A stretch of DNA of 64,000 nt. Source: a virus (lineage: Duplodnaviria; Caudoviricetes). The translations under genes and the position numbers were made by a program. The notes under the pieces are model-generated. The model did no database searches. It was not told the DNA's origin and worked only from the letters and a program-made list of their open reading frames with translations. Location: the IMG/VR virus record IMGVR_UViG_3300045002_000015, positions 1 to 64,000 of that record. One strand, given 5' to 3'. Below, one piece after another: positions 26,970-35,912 of the stretch (the first letter of the stretch is position 1; each line of letters begins with the position of its first letter).

Positions 26970-27355
26970 CAGCGGCCGATCTCCTCGATGATCGCTTGCA
27001 GTTCGCGCCGCGCCTCGGCCAGCCGGCGGCCGAGGTCGTTGGCAATGGCGCGGGACGGCTGCCAAGCGTGGCCGGCGGCGAGCCGGGCGTCATAAGCGGC
27101 CAAGACCTCGGCCTTGGATACCACGACGCCCTGGGCGCGGTCATCCAGCAGATCGGCCAACGCGGCGCAGGCGTCCTGGTAGCGGTGGGCGAACGGCTGC
27201 TGGGCGGCGTGCGCCTCAGCGAAGGCTGCCTCGAGGTGGTATACCTCCTGTTCGAGGGCGGCGCGGCGGGTTTGTAGGCTGGCGTACCGAGCGGCGCTAC
27301 CGGACGGCGATGAAGTCCGGCGCTTGGCAACCGGATTTCCGAACAGGTCGCTCAT
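26969..27355 (-). CDS. Hypothetical helical phage protein
   Basis: TGATG coupling to next gene. Confidence 0.55.
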   Translation of the reverse strand: MSDLFGNPVAKRRTSSPSGSAARYASLQTRRAALEQEVYHLEAAFAEAHAAQQPFAHRYQDACAALADLLDDRAQGVVVSKAEVLAAYDARLAAGHAWQPSRAIANDLGRRLAEARRELQAIIEEIGR

Positions 27356-27396
27356 GACGGCGGCGCCGGCTGAAAACCGGTAGCGAGATACCGGAT

Positions 27397-27711
27397 TATA
27401 CCACCTAAGCCACTATACCACCTGTTCCCAAGATTCTCCCTATGTACCCCTCCTACCCCCTCCCACCTGCCCTCCTCCACCCCTGTACCTCCCTCCATAC
27501 TCTTTTCTCTCTTTTCTTTAGAAAGGTGGTATAGGTGGTATAGGTAGTACAGGGCCTTGAGGTGGTTGAGTTTTCGAGGGTATACCACCTCTATACCACC
27601 ACGACGGTAAAGGTCAGCCATACTGGTATAGTCATCATATCTGCCCTATACGTAAACAACCGGAGGCTGGTATTCCACCTTGGCGGTGCAACTATACCAC
27701 CTTATACCACC
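27397..27711. repeat. TATACCACC repeat cluster, putative phage replication origin
   Basis: Forward copies at 27397, 27414, 27581, 27592, 27693, 27703; reverse (GGTGGTATA) at 27525, 27534; variants at 27543, 27671; AT-rich/pyrimidine tract 27500-27520; directly downstream of VapE. Confidence 0.75.
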
Positions 27712-27714
27712 ACG

Positions 27715-29031
27715 CTAGGCGAACGATTCTGGGTCAATCCCCGGCGCGTACCAGCGCTTCGCAAGCTCGCCGGCCCGCATCTTCTGGCTCTTTTGCCAGC
27801 CTAACTGCTTGAGAATCCTGGCCGCCCGCATCTCGAACGACTTGCTCTGCCGCTCGCGCGGGATGCCCAGCGCCTCAGTCAGGATTTGCGGAATGCGCAC
27901 CTCGCGCCTGGGGGAGCCGAACTCGCCGCCCTCCAGCCACTCGCGGACCGCATCACCCCACATATCAGCGGTCAGACGCTGCAACTGCGCCCTGGCCGCC
28001 TCCTCGCGGACCTCCTCGTCCGCCAGAAAGACCGGCTCGCCCTGCGCCTCACGATAGGCAGCCTCCGCCCAGAGATCGTCCCGGTTGAGCGCGATCCAGC
28101 GCACCGAGGCGGCCACGCAGCGCACCGGCCAATAGCGGCGATTACCGGTCTCGTCACGGAGGTAATCGTCCTTGTTGGTTGTCCCAGCGAACACGGTCTG
28201 CCGCGGATGCCTGATGAAATTCCTGCCGTAGGGCGGGCGGAACCAATCGAACGGCCGCGACAGGAACGCCTTGGTGGTCTCGTCCTCGTTCCTGATCAGG
28301 TGGTCGATCTCGGCGCATTCAACGCACCAGACGCCCAGCAGCGAGAGCGCGGCATCGCGGTTGCCAAGATCGAGCGGCATCGAATCGGAAAACCAATCCT
28401 GCCCGAACAGGATCGCGAGCGACGTCGATTTGCCGATATCCTGCTCGCCCTCAAGGATCAGCATGTGATCGAACTTCGTGCCGGGACGGCGCACCCGGCG
28501 GACGGCGGCGATCAGGAATTTTGCGGCCACCGACCGGTGATACGCATCATCGGGACAGCCAAACGCCTGGGTCAGCCACGTATCGAGACGCGGCTGCCCA
28601 TCCCATCTCAGGCCGTCGAGCCAGGTGCGGACCGGATGAAAATGATTGGTGGCGCCGACCGCCAGCATCGCGTCCTCAACGGTGGCGCGGGCGAACCGGT
28701 AGGACCAAACCCTTTGCAGGTAAGCCTGAATCAGCGCGACGTCCTCGTCGCCCCACGCGCGCGGATAGGGGCCGGATAATTCCGGGGTATCATCGTCGTG
28801 CCGCGGCGGCGCGCGCGTGATCAGGTGCTCGCTGCGGAACGCGTCGAACACCAGCGCGCCGCGCAAGACTTGATCGTGGCTCAGGATCAGGATCGCGTTG
28901 GTCAGCGTGGGCCTGAATTGGTGCTCATCGATGCGTTGCAGGCGCGAGAACCACGCCTGTTGTTTCAGCGGCCGATGACTGGCCAGATCGATGACATTGC
29001 CAATCCAGTCATCGTCGCTGTCAGCGGCCAT
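27715..29031 (-). CDS. VapE-family SF3 helicase / primase-associated protein
   Basis: ILEGEQDIGKST, WCVECAEID, FAGTTNKDDYLRDETGNRRYWPV. Confidence 0.9.
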   Translation of the reverse strand: MAADSDDDWIGNVIDLASHRPLKQQAWFSRLQRIDEHQFRPTLTNAILILSHDQVLRGALVFDAFRSEHLITRAPPRHDDDTPELSGPYPRAWGDEDVALIQAYLQRVWSYRFARATVEDAMLAVGATNHFHPVRTWLDGLRWDGQPRLDTWLTQAFGCPDDAYHRSVAAKFLIAAVRRVRRPGTKFDHMLILEGEQDIGKSTSLAILFGQDWFSDSMPLDLGNRDAALSLLGVWCVECAEIDHLIRNEDETTKAFLSRPFDWFRPPYGRNFIRHPRQTVFAGTTNKDDYLRDETGNRRYWPVRCVAASVRWIALNRDDLWAEAAYREAQGEPVFLADEEVREEAARAQLQRLTADMWGDAVREWLEGGEFGSPRREVRIPQILTEALGIPRERQSKSFEMRAARILKQLGWQKSQKMRAGELAKRWYAPGIDPESFA

Positions 29032-29833
29032 GGCGCATCCCGGCCATCAGGCCCGAACGGATGGTGGCCTTGGTCTCGGCGTGGTCGAGGCCCACCTGAC
29101 GGGCGGCGCCATAGAGCGCGCCCACCGCCTCGCGCTCATCGAGCAACCCGGCGCCGATCAGCCGGCCGATCTGGAATGCCCGGCGGTTCAGGATCGCATT
29201 GCGCTGACCGTTGACCGCCTGGCTGACCGCCAGCGCGGCGCGATAGAGCCGGCGCCGGGCGGCGTCGCTGGTGTCGATCTGGACCTTGGGGATGGCCGGC
29301 TCCGGCGGCGGCGCCAGCAGGCGCAGCAGCCATTCGGGCGCAGGCGGTGGCGCCACTTCCCAGGGCGCCACCAGCCAGCGATAGGGCCGGCGCGTAGTAA
29401 GATGCACGCTGGGCGGGATGGTCTGCGACTGGCGGCCGCGCCGCGGATCGATGCCCGCCGCCGGATGGCCGGCCTCGCCGATGATCCGCTCGCCCTGGTG
29501 ACGGAAGAACAGCACGACGCCACCACCGCCCGAGCGCAGTTGCGGGCGCGGCGGTAGCGGCCCATGCACGTTGCAGAGTGCCGCCAGATTGGCGATGCCA
29601 TCATGGGCGTGACCGGGCGGCACATCGCAATCAAGCCCCCAGATGCCGGACTTGCCGCAGACCACGCGCCAGTTGCACGCCGGATAGGCGCGCGCCCATT
29701 GTTCCAGCCTGTCGAGGTCGTGCGTGGAGGCGTCGGTGGCGCCCTTGAAACACCCGGCGCGCGAGCGGTTGCTTGCCGGATAGAGACACCAGCCCAGCAG
29801 CGCCAGCCGCTCGAGGTCCGGGTGCAGCGTCAT
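29021..29833 (-). CDS. Bifunctional DNA primase/polymerase (Prim-Pol)
   Basis: GWCLYP, NWRVVCGKSGIWGLDCD, RSGGGGVVLFF, GIDPRRG, IPPSVH; start ATG 29833. Confidence 0.85.
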   Translation of the reverse strand: MTLHPDLERLALLGWCLYPASNRSRAGCFKGATDASTHDLDRLEQWARAYPACNWRVVCGKSGIWGLDCDVPPGHAHDGIANLAALCNVHGPLPPRPQLRSGGGGVVLFFRHQGERIIGEAGHPAAGIDPRRGRQSQTIPPSVHLTTRRPYRWLVAPWEVAPPPAPEWLLRLLAPPPEPAIPKVQIDTSDAARRRLYRAALAVSQAVNGQRNAILNRRAFQIGRLIGAGLLDEREAVGALYGAARQVGLDHAETKATIRSGLMAGMRHGR

Positions 29834-30015
29834 GGCGGCGCTGCCCGCCGGCTCTGCACGGCGGGCCAGCACGCCGCGCAAAGGCAGCGGACCGGCCGAC
29901 CGGCGCGCAACAGGAACAGTTCGCGGACCTCGGCCTCACCTGGTTCGATCAGCACGACGTCCTGGGCGCCACAGCGCGCGCAACGGAGGTCGGCGAGCAC
30001 GATATCATCGCTCAT
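29830..30015 (-). CDS. Small Zn-finger-like protein
   Basis: CARC and CLCAAC. Confidence 0.5.
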   Translation of the reverse strand: MSDDIVLADLRCARCGAQDVVLIEPGEAEVRELFLLRAGRPVRCLCAACWPAVQSRRAAPP

Positions 30016-30160
30016 GGCTCAAGCCCCAGCGGGTCAGTTCCGCGCGGCGCGCGTACCAGCAGGCGGCGGCGCGCAGGATGTCGCGTTGTTCGGCGTCCTC
30101 GGTCAGCTCGGCGCGGGCGAACAGTTCGATGGCCCGTGCCTCAAGCTGCGCGGCGGTCAC
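30005..30160 (-). CDS. Small hypothetical protein (51 aa)
   Basis: GTGA overlap with gcrA stop; fills gap. Confidence 0.35.
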   Translation of the reverse strand: MTAAQLEARAIELFARAELTEDAEQRDILRAAACWYARRAELTRWGLSHER

Positions 30161-30603
30161 GCGGCCGCCACCAGCGGCGGATCAGCGGCCGCATCGAGCG
30201 GCCGGCGCCGGACATAGGCCCGGCGCGCGTGCTCGGCACAGTACGGCCGGCCTGGCTCGCTTGGCGCATCGCAGAAGCGAAATCCGGGCGTGCGCGGCTC
30301 GCCGATCGGCCAGCAGCACGTGCGCAGACGCAGCCCTGCCAGTGGCGATGGTGCGGGCACGGGCGGTGCCGCAACCGGCGGCAGCGTTGCCGCGCCGCGC
30401 TTCAGGCGCCGCGGCCGCGGCACCGGTTGGGGCGGCGGCTGGCCGGGCCGGATGACTGAGGGCAGCGCTGGCAGGCCAAGGCGCCGCGCCTCGCCCACCA
30501 CCGAGCCTTTCGACCGTCCGAGATGGTCGCCGATCGCGCGGCAGGGCTTCTTGCCCCAGTTCTCGGTCAGGTACGCCAGTTCCTGCGCCGTCCATTCAGC
30601 CAT
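30157..30603 (-). CDS. gcrA: GcrA-like cell-cycle regulator
   Basis: EWTAQELAYL..W, SVVGEARRLGL, TCCWPIGEP, FRFCDAPSEPGRPYCAEHARRAY. Confidence 0.85.
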   Translation of the reverse strand: MAEWTAQELAYLTENWGKKPCRAIGDHLGRSKGSVVGEARRLGLPALPSVIRPGQPPPQPVPRPRRLKRGAATLPPVAAPPVPAPSPLAGLRLRTCCWPIGEPRTPGFRFCDAPSEPGRPYCAEHARRAYVRRRPLDAAADPPLVAAA

Positions 30604-32002
30604 CGGTTTCCACGACCCCTCGTGCCGGTAGGAAAAAGTCCTGCTGCGCCCCGGCGCGCGTCACACGCTGCTCGGCCATGCGGGCGTATCCCGGGCTGAG
30701 ATCGATGCCGATGCAGTCACGGCCCAACTGGTCGCAGACCACGGCGGTCGTGCCGCTGCCGATGAACGGATCGAGTACCGTGCAGGGCACGACAGGCGCA
30801 TCGCACGTGCATGCCGATGCCCAGCCGATGGTCTGCACGCGGCGCTCCAGGCGCACCGGAAACCCGGCTGTCTCGTGTCTCCGTTCGAGCGAACGCGGAC
30901 CGTTCGTGGTGCTGTTCTGCGGATTTTCGTAGCGCGCCGCGACCTGCCGTACCCAGGGCGCACCGCAGGCGGCGCAGCAGCCGCGCTCGGATGTGCCGGC
31001 GCGGATCAGCGGCGCGATCAACCTGGGCGGGAAGGTCGCGAAATGCGCGCCGGGGAAAGGCGCGGGATTGACGTCCAGTGCCAGCGGCGCGCCGCCAGCA
31101 TCGCTGATCAGGCCATGCGGCTCACCGAGGCTGTCGAAGAACAAGTCCGAATTGCGGAAGCTTCGCTCGCCGGTATATTCCCAGTACTCGGGCGGCCGGC
31201 TGGCCACATCGTCCAGGGCGCTCCGCTCGGCGCTGGCCTTGGCCGCCAAGGTCCCCGCGCTGACCACGCCAACCCGGCGAACCGCCGCTTCGTCCCAGAA
31301 GTAGCGCGGGCTTTTCGTCAGCAGATACACATACTCAACGGCGGTCGTCGGCCGGTCGGTCACCGACTCAGGCAGGCAGGACCGCTTGAGCCAGGGCATG
31401 CGGGATCGCACCCACCAGCCATCCGCGCGCAAGGCGAGCGCAAGTTGCTCGGGGATCAGATGAAGGTCTTTTGGTTTGTAGCCGGGCGGAACCAGGCCCG
31501 TGTTACTCGCGAAATCGGGATACCGGCCGTCGAGCGCCGGTTGCAGCATTTCACCATTGATCGGGCGCTGCTGACCGCGCGTGGCCTTCCGGCCCTGATT
31601 GCCCCACGAACCGGCGTAACTGTCCGCGATGTTGACGAACGCGGTACCATCCGCCCGCAGCACGCGGCGTACCTCGCGGAACACCGCGACCAGCCGCGCG
31701 ATGTACGCCTCCGGCGTTGCCTCCAGACCCAGTTGGGCATCGACGCGGACCGCGCCGCACGCGGCGCATACGGAGCGGTAAGGCTTGGTTTCGTAATCCC
31801 GGCGGTCGGCCGGACCGCCGAGGCCGGTGGGAGGCTGTTGGACGAGCCGATGGTCGCAGCCCGGGTCACCGCCTTCCCACCGGGCCGTCTGATAATCGCG
31901 CAGCCCGTAATAGGGCGGCGATGACACCACGCAATGGACGCTGGCGTCCGGCAGCGTGCGCAGCACAGCGCCAGCATCGCCGGTCAGGATGCGCACGCTC
32001 AC
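30596..32002 (-). CDS. Site-specific DNA methyltransferase (N4-C/N6-A)
   Basis: HCVVSSPPYYGLRDY, HFATFPPRL, VLDPFIGSGTT; GTG start overlapping upstream TGA. Confidence 0.9.
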   Translation of the reverse strand: MSVRILTGDAGAVLRTLPDASVHCVVSSPPYYGLRDYQTARWEGGDPGCDHRLVQQPPTGLGGPADRRDYETKPYRSVCAACGAVRVDAQLGLEATPEAYIARLVAVFREVRRVLRADGTAFVNIADSYAGSWGNQGRKATRGQQRPINGEMLQPALDGRYPDFASNTGLVPPGYKPKDLHLIPEQLALALRADGWWVRSRMPWLKRSCLPESVTDRPTTAVEYVYLLTKSPRYFWDEAAVRRVGVVSAGTLAAKASAERSALDDVASRPPEYWEYTGERSFRNSDLFFDSLGEPHGLISDAGGAPLALDVNPAPFPGAHFATFPPRLIAPLIRAGTSERGCCAACGAPWVRQVAARYENPQNSTTNGPRSLERRHETAGFPVRLERRVQTIGWASACTCDAPVVPCTVLDPFIGSGTTAVVCDQLGRDCIGIDLSPGYARMAEQRVTRAGAQQDFFLPARGVVETDG

Positions 32003-32514
32003 AGCGGCTTCCGCGCGCGTTGCAGGCGGGCGAAGCGGATCGGCGAAGCGCGGCGATACCGCGCCTTCGGCGCCGCCTGCTTGGCCGGCGCCTTCGCCCG
32101 CTGCGCGATGATTTCCGCGGCAACCTGTTCGTCCGCCAGCCGCGCCAGTACGCGCCAGTTGTGGCACAGCGGAACGCCGAAGCGCGCGCACTGTTCGAAA
32201 TAGCCGACCACGGAATTCGCCCAGCCGGCCGGGTGTTCGAGTGCCGTCAGCCGATCGATCAGCCGCGCCTGCTCGCTGTCCGGTTTGAGCCGGACGCCAG
32301 GCCGCTTGAGTTCGCAGCGAAAGGTCCGGCCGCCGGCCATCGCCAGTTCGGTATCCGGCCAGTTGGACCGTATCCCCCGCGCCGCCTCCCAGCGATGCTC
32401 GTGCTCCGATCGCGCGAAGCCGCGGTCGTGCGAGGCAAACTCGTGCCCGACGACGACGCAGCGCGCCACCATCTCGAAAATCTTCCGCTGCAAGATGAAT
32501 TCCGCCCGGATCAC
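31999..32514 (-). CDS. VRR-NUC-like PD-(D/E)XK nuclease
   Basis: GIRSNWPDTEL, CELKRPG, SEQARL. Confidence 0.7.
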   Translation of the reverse strand: MIRAEFILQRKIFEMVARCVVVGHEFASHDRGFARSEHEHRWEAARGIRSNWPDTELAMAGGRTFRCELKRPGVRLKPDSEQARLIDRLTALEHPAGWANSVVGYFEQCARFGVPLCHNWRVLARLADEQVAAEIIAQRAKAPAKQAAPKARYRRASPIRFARLQRARKPL

Positions 32515-32553
32515 GGATGACCGACCGTTAACGTGCGGATCGGTACGCAGGGC

Positions 32554-32584
32554 TTGACACAGTTACGAATCGTCTGGCTAAAGT
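32554..32584 (+). promoter_or_regulatory. Candidate rightward promoter antisense to cro (pRE-like position)
   Basis: TTGACA(32554)-N17-GCTAAAGT. Confidence 0.4.
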
Positions 32585-32743
32585 GCCGAAAATGCACAAC
32601 AAGCGCGACCGCCGCGAATGGACTGGCCACCAGGTCACCTCCAAAGGGAAGAAGTTGGTCGCGATCAACAATGACAGCCCGCCGCGCCGCCCCTGCCCGG
32701 ACCGCGTGACGGCAAGGTCACATGCCTGGGGGACCGAGCGGGG

Positions 32744-32989
32744 TCATGTGGTGTCCATTGATCCCTCCCGGACCATCTCGTCCTTTTGCCAAACGTCAGG
32801 CCGAATCTCGTACAGCGCCAAGCCGGTGATCTGCGCCACCGCCCGCGCGTGCCGCACCGGCACCCGCACCCATTGCGTCACGGCGCTCGGCACCACGCGC
32901 AGGCGCGCGGCGAGCGCCCTGGGACCACCGGCCAGGCGAATGGCGCGGGCAGCTTCGGGGGCATACGCATCGCGGCGTAACGGTCTCAT
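32744..32989 (-). CDS. Cro-like (YdaS-type) HTH repressor
   Basis: AIRLAGGPRALAARLRVVPSAVTQW..VP..YEIRPDV; divergent from cI. Confidence 0.75.
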   Translation of the reverse strand: MRPLRRDAYAPEAARAIRLAGGPRALAARLRVVPSAVTQWVRVPVRHARAVAQITGLALYEIRPDVWQKDEMVREGSMDTT

Positions 32990-32996
32990 GGCCGGC

Positions 32997-33026
32997 AGCC
33001 TATTGCAGAGAGACTGCACATGTCAA
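32997..33026 (-). promoter_or_regulatory. pR-like promoter with operator in spacer
   Basis: TTGACA-N18-TAGGCT on minus strand; operator TGCAGA-GAG-ACTGCA 33004-33018. Confidence 0.75.
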
Positions 33027-33043
33027 TCAGAGGGAAGCCCTGA

Positions 33044-33454
33044 ATGAGCGCGCATGCCGCCGTCCAGTTCTCGTCCGCCAGCCCCTCGGCCCATCGGCCG
33101 GCACGCCGCCAGCGCGACCACCGCCGCGACGAGTACCAATACCGGATCGGCCGCCGCCTTCAGATGGCCGTGGAAGAGATCATCGCGCGCGAAAGGATCA
33201 CCCGGACGGAGTTCGCCCGGCGCACCCATACCACATTGTCCAAGTTAGGTAACTGGATACGCGGCGAGCATTACCCCGACCCGCTGTTCGTGTGGCATCT
33301 GCACGAGGAGTTCGGCGTGACGGCCGACTGGCTTTACCTGGAAAGGATACCCGGCCTCCCGCCTTCCCTGAGACAGCGAATTGCGGGCGGGGCAGGCGAT
33401 AATCGGTCGGCAATTCCCGCGGCTTCTCGCCATAAGGAACGAACCACCGAATAA
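33044..33454 (+). CDS. CI-like XRE repressor (no peptidase domain)
   Basis: IGRRLQMA, RTEFARRTHTTLSKLGNWIRGEHYP, FGVTADWLYL. Confidence 0.8.
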   Translation: MSAHAAVQFSSASPSAHRPARRQRDHRRDEYQYRIGRRLQMAVEEIIARERITRTEFARRTHTTLSKLGNWIRGEHYPDPLFVWHLHEEFGVTADWLYLERIPGLPPSLRQRIAGGAGDNRSAIPAASRHKERTTE

Positions 33455-33473
33455 ACCCGCCAATCCGCCGATG

Positions 33474-33515
33474 TGCAGATAATCTGCTGGACATTGTGCA
33501 GAGAGTCTGCATAAT
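33474..33515 (+). promoter_or_regulatory. pL-like promoter with two operators
   Basis: TGCAGA-TAA-TCTGCT 33474-33488, TGCAGA-GAG-TCTGCA 33497-33511; TGGACA(33488)-N16-CATAAT(33510). Confidence 0.75.
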
Positions 33516-33545
33516 GGTCTCCGGACGCCATGCCGGAGACCACGC

Positions 33546-34019
33546 TTGCCACTTCCCGTACGCCACCCGTCCCCCTCTCGCCCGCGCCCTGCACCGGGCG
33601 CGCGGCGATCCGGCGTCCCGGCGGGACCAGCGGCACCAGCCTATCATCGTCCAGATGACCATGCGAGGTTTTCAGCCCCGGCGCTGAGCCGCTGCGCGCA
33701 TTGCGGCGCACTGGCCGAAAGCGGCTGCCCCGCCCCCGGCATATTGCCGGATGCAGACCTGTTCGCGCCCTACCAGCCGCCGCACCGCCCGGCCTACGAC
33801 CTCGCCAATACCTACGATCGCACCACGCTCGCCATCCGCATCATCGGCGATGCCGACCGCGCGCACGACTACCTTCAACTGGTCGCGCACATGCAGGCCG
33901 ATGGCCAGATGGGCGCCGGCCAGGCGCGGGCACGCATTGGCGAAACGCTGATCACCCTCCACCGCCACGCCCAGGCCCTCTGCCGGCTGGCCGCTATCGA
34001 ACAACGGGGAAGCCAATGA
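33546..34019 (+). CDS. Hypothetical early protein (start uncertain)
   Basis: CAHC motif; stop overlaps next ATG. Confidence 0.4.
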   Translation: MPLPVRHPSPSRPRPAPGARRSGVPAGPAAPAYHRPDDHARFSAPALSRCAHCGALAESGCPAPGILPDADLFAPYQPPHRPAYDLANTYDRTTLAIRIIGDADRAHDYLQLVAHMQADGQMGAGQARARIGETLITLHRHAQALCRLAAIEQRGSQ

Positions 34020-34318
34020 GCACACACGCCCACCGCGCCGCGCGCCGCGCGTCACGCGCCGCCCACTCCCTGCCACCGCGCGATCCGGTCGAGGCCCTGC
34101 TCGCCGAGATCATGGCGCGCGTCACCGACGAGGAAATCCGCGGCCCGCAATTACGCCTCGGCGAGGCGACCGACTGGATCGAGGAACTGGCCATCGACCT
34201 CGGCTACATGGTCTACGACCCGAGTACCACGAAAGCCGCGCTGCGCGAAAAATGCACCACGCTCGCGGTCGCGGCGATCCGTTTCGCCCGCGACGTCTGC
34301 GGCGAAACTGCCGAATAA
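34016..34318 (+). CDS. Hypothetical helical phage protein
   Basis: ATGA overlap; WIEELAIDL..LREKCTTLAVAAIRFA. Confidence 0.55.
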   Translation: MSTHAHRAARRASRAAHSLPPRDPVEALLAEIMARVTDEEIRGPQLRLGEATDWIEELAIDLGYMVYDPSTTKAALREKCTTLAVAAIRFARDVCGETAE

Positions 34319-34352
34319 ACCCTGGGAAACCACAGAAGGATCGCCGCCGCTT

Positions 34353-34646
34353 ATGCCGCAATTCATCTTTCAGAGCGTGCTCGAACTGCCCGACAGCCCG
34401 TTCGCCGCCGCCCGTATCCTGGTGCAGATCGAGCCGCACTGGAACAGCCTGATCGAGGCGCTGCAAGCCGCAGGCGTCGCCTGCGAACTGCGCGCCGAGC
34501 CAATCCATCCGAGAGTCGAGCGGCCGCCGCCGGTACGGACGCGCGGGCGGCCGCCGGGCAGCCGCAATCGACCGCGCCCGCTGCCGCGCCAACAGGAAAT
34601 GCCGGTCACAACGTCCGTCACCGAAACCGAGGACGCGGCGGAATAG
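34353..34646 (+). CDS. Hypothetical protein with AT-hook-like motif
   Basis: RGRPPGSRNRP. Confidence 0.55.
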   Translation: MPQFIFQSVLELPDSPFAAARILVQIEPHWNSLIEALQAAGVACELRAEPIHPRVERPPPVRTRGRPPGSRNRPRPLPRQQEMPVTTSVTETEDAAE

Positions 34647-34647
34647 C

Positions 34648-35517
34648 ATGCAGCGCATTACCGAGCCCGGCAGCTATGCGATGCCGCACGAGGTCTACCA
34701 TAGCGACTGCTGCGACGGTCCCTCGCTGAGCAGCACCGGCGCGCGCCTCCTGGTGCAGAAATGTCCAGCGGTGTACCGCCATCTCCAGGACAATCCGGAG
34801 GTCAAAGAGGAGTTCGATATCGGCAATGCCACGCACCTGCTGGTGCTCCAGCCGGACGTGTACAGGACCAAGGTGGCCGAACTGCCGTTTCAGAACTACC
34901 GCGCCCAGGAAGCCTGCGCCGCGCGCGACGAAGCCCGCGCCGTCGGCCTGATCCCGCTCACCATCCCGCAGCAGAACCAGGTCCACGCCATGCGCGCGGC
35001 GTTATTGGCCGACGATATCGCCCGGCACGCGTTTCGCGGCGAGGTCGAGCAGTCGCTGTTCGCCCGCGATCCCGATTATCCCGGCATCTGGCTGAAATGC
35101 CGGCCGGATATCCGCGCCGGCTATCTGGTCGATGTGAAAACCACCACCGACGTCGAGCCGGGAGCATTCGAGCGTGCGATCGGCAATTACGGCTATCACC
35201 AGCAGGCCGCATGGTATCGCATGGTGGTCGAGATGGTGCTCGGCGAGCGCCCGAAGGGGTTCTATTTTCTGGCGGTGCAAAAATCGCCGCCCTACCTCGT
35301 GGAAACCATGCGCCTCGACGAAGAGGCGATGGCCTGGGGCGATATTCTGAACCGTCGCGCGCGCAGCATCTTTCACTGGTGCTGCGCACATGATCGATGG
35401 CCGTCCTATCGCGCGCGGATCACCGGGCCGTCGGTAGCAATCGACGTCGGCCTCCCGGCCTGGCACCTGCGCGAATTGCAGCGCCGCCTTGAGGCCGGCG
35501 AACTGGAGCCGGTGTGA
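34648..35517 (+). CDS. RecE/exonuclease VIII-like PD-(D/E)XK nuclease (DUF3799)
   Basis: SLSSTGARLL, FDIGNATHLLVL, WLKCRPD, VDVKTT, YGYHQQAAWY. Confidence 0.85.
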   Translation: MQRITEPGSYAMPHEVYHSDCCDGPSLSSTGARLLVQKCPAVYRHLQDNPEVKEEFDIGNATHLLVLQPDVYRTKVAELPFQNYRAQEACAARDEARAVGLIPLTIPQQNQVHAMRAALLADDIARHAFRGEVEQSLFARDPDYPGIWLKCRPDIRAGYLVDVKTTTDVEPGAFERAIGNYGYHQQAAWYRMVVEMVLGERPKGFYFLAVQKSPPYLVETMRLDEEAMAWGDILNRRARSIFHWCCAHDRWPSYRARITGPSVAIDVGLPAWHLRELQRRLEAGELEPV

Positions 35518-35912
35518 AAATGGGGAGGGACACCATGCCGAAGCCTTCCGTGCCCAAGATCATTGATCGGATCATGCAGGAACAGGACCTCACCGCGCGG
35601 CAGGTGGCCGAGAAACTCGGCGTTGCCGTCTCGACTGTCTATCAATGGCAAAAGGGCCGCAGCCCGCGCCTGGGCGTGCGCGTGCGCATGCTGAAAAACT
35701 TTGATATTGCGCCCGCCGAGCTGGGCCTCAAGGATATGAACACCACCGCGCACGCGGTGGTAAACACGGCCGCGAACGGCGTCGCCAATGGCGAAGATAC
35801 ATCAATCGCGGTCGCGGTGCGAAGCCGACGCGGCTTGGCGATCGAAATGCAGGTGACGCCCAAGACCGCGTTGCGCGTGCTACACGTTCTGCTTGCCGAG
35901 GAAACCCTATGA
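35514..35912 (+). CDS. XRE-family HTH protein
   Basis: LTARQVAEKLGVAVSTVYQWQKG. Confidence 0.75.
   Translation: MKMGRDTMPKPSVPKIIDRIMQEQDLTARQVAEKLGVAVSTVYQWQKGRSPRLGVRVRMLKNFDIAPAELGLKDMNTTAHAVVNTAANGVANGEDTSIAVAVRSRRGLAIEMQVTPKTALRVLHVLLAEETL

Noticed and set aside
27397-27711. CRISPR-like array
   Set aside because: 9-bp repeats, irregular spacing, mixed orientation, no cas genes; better explained as origin iterons
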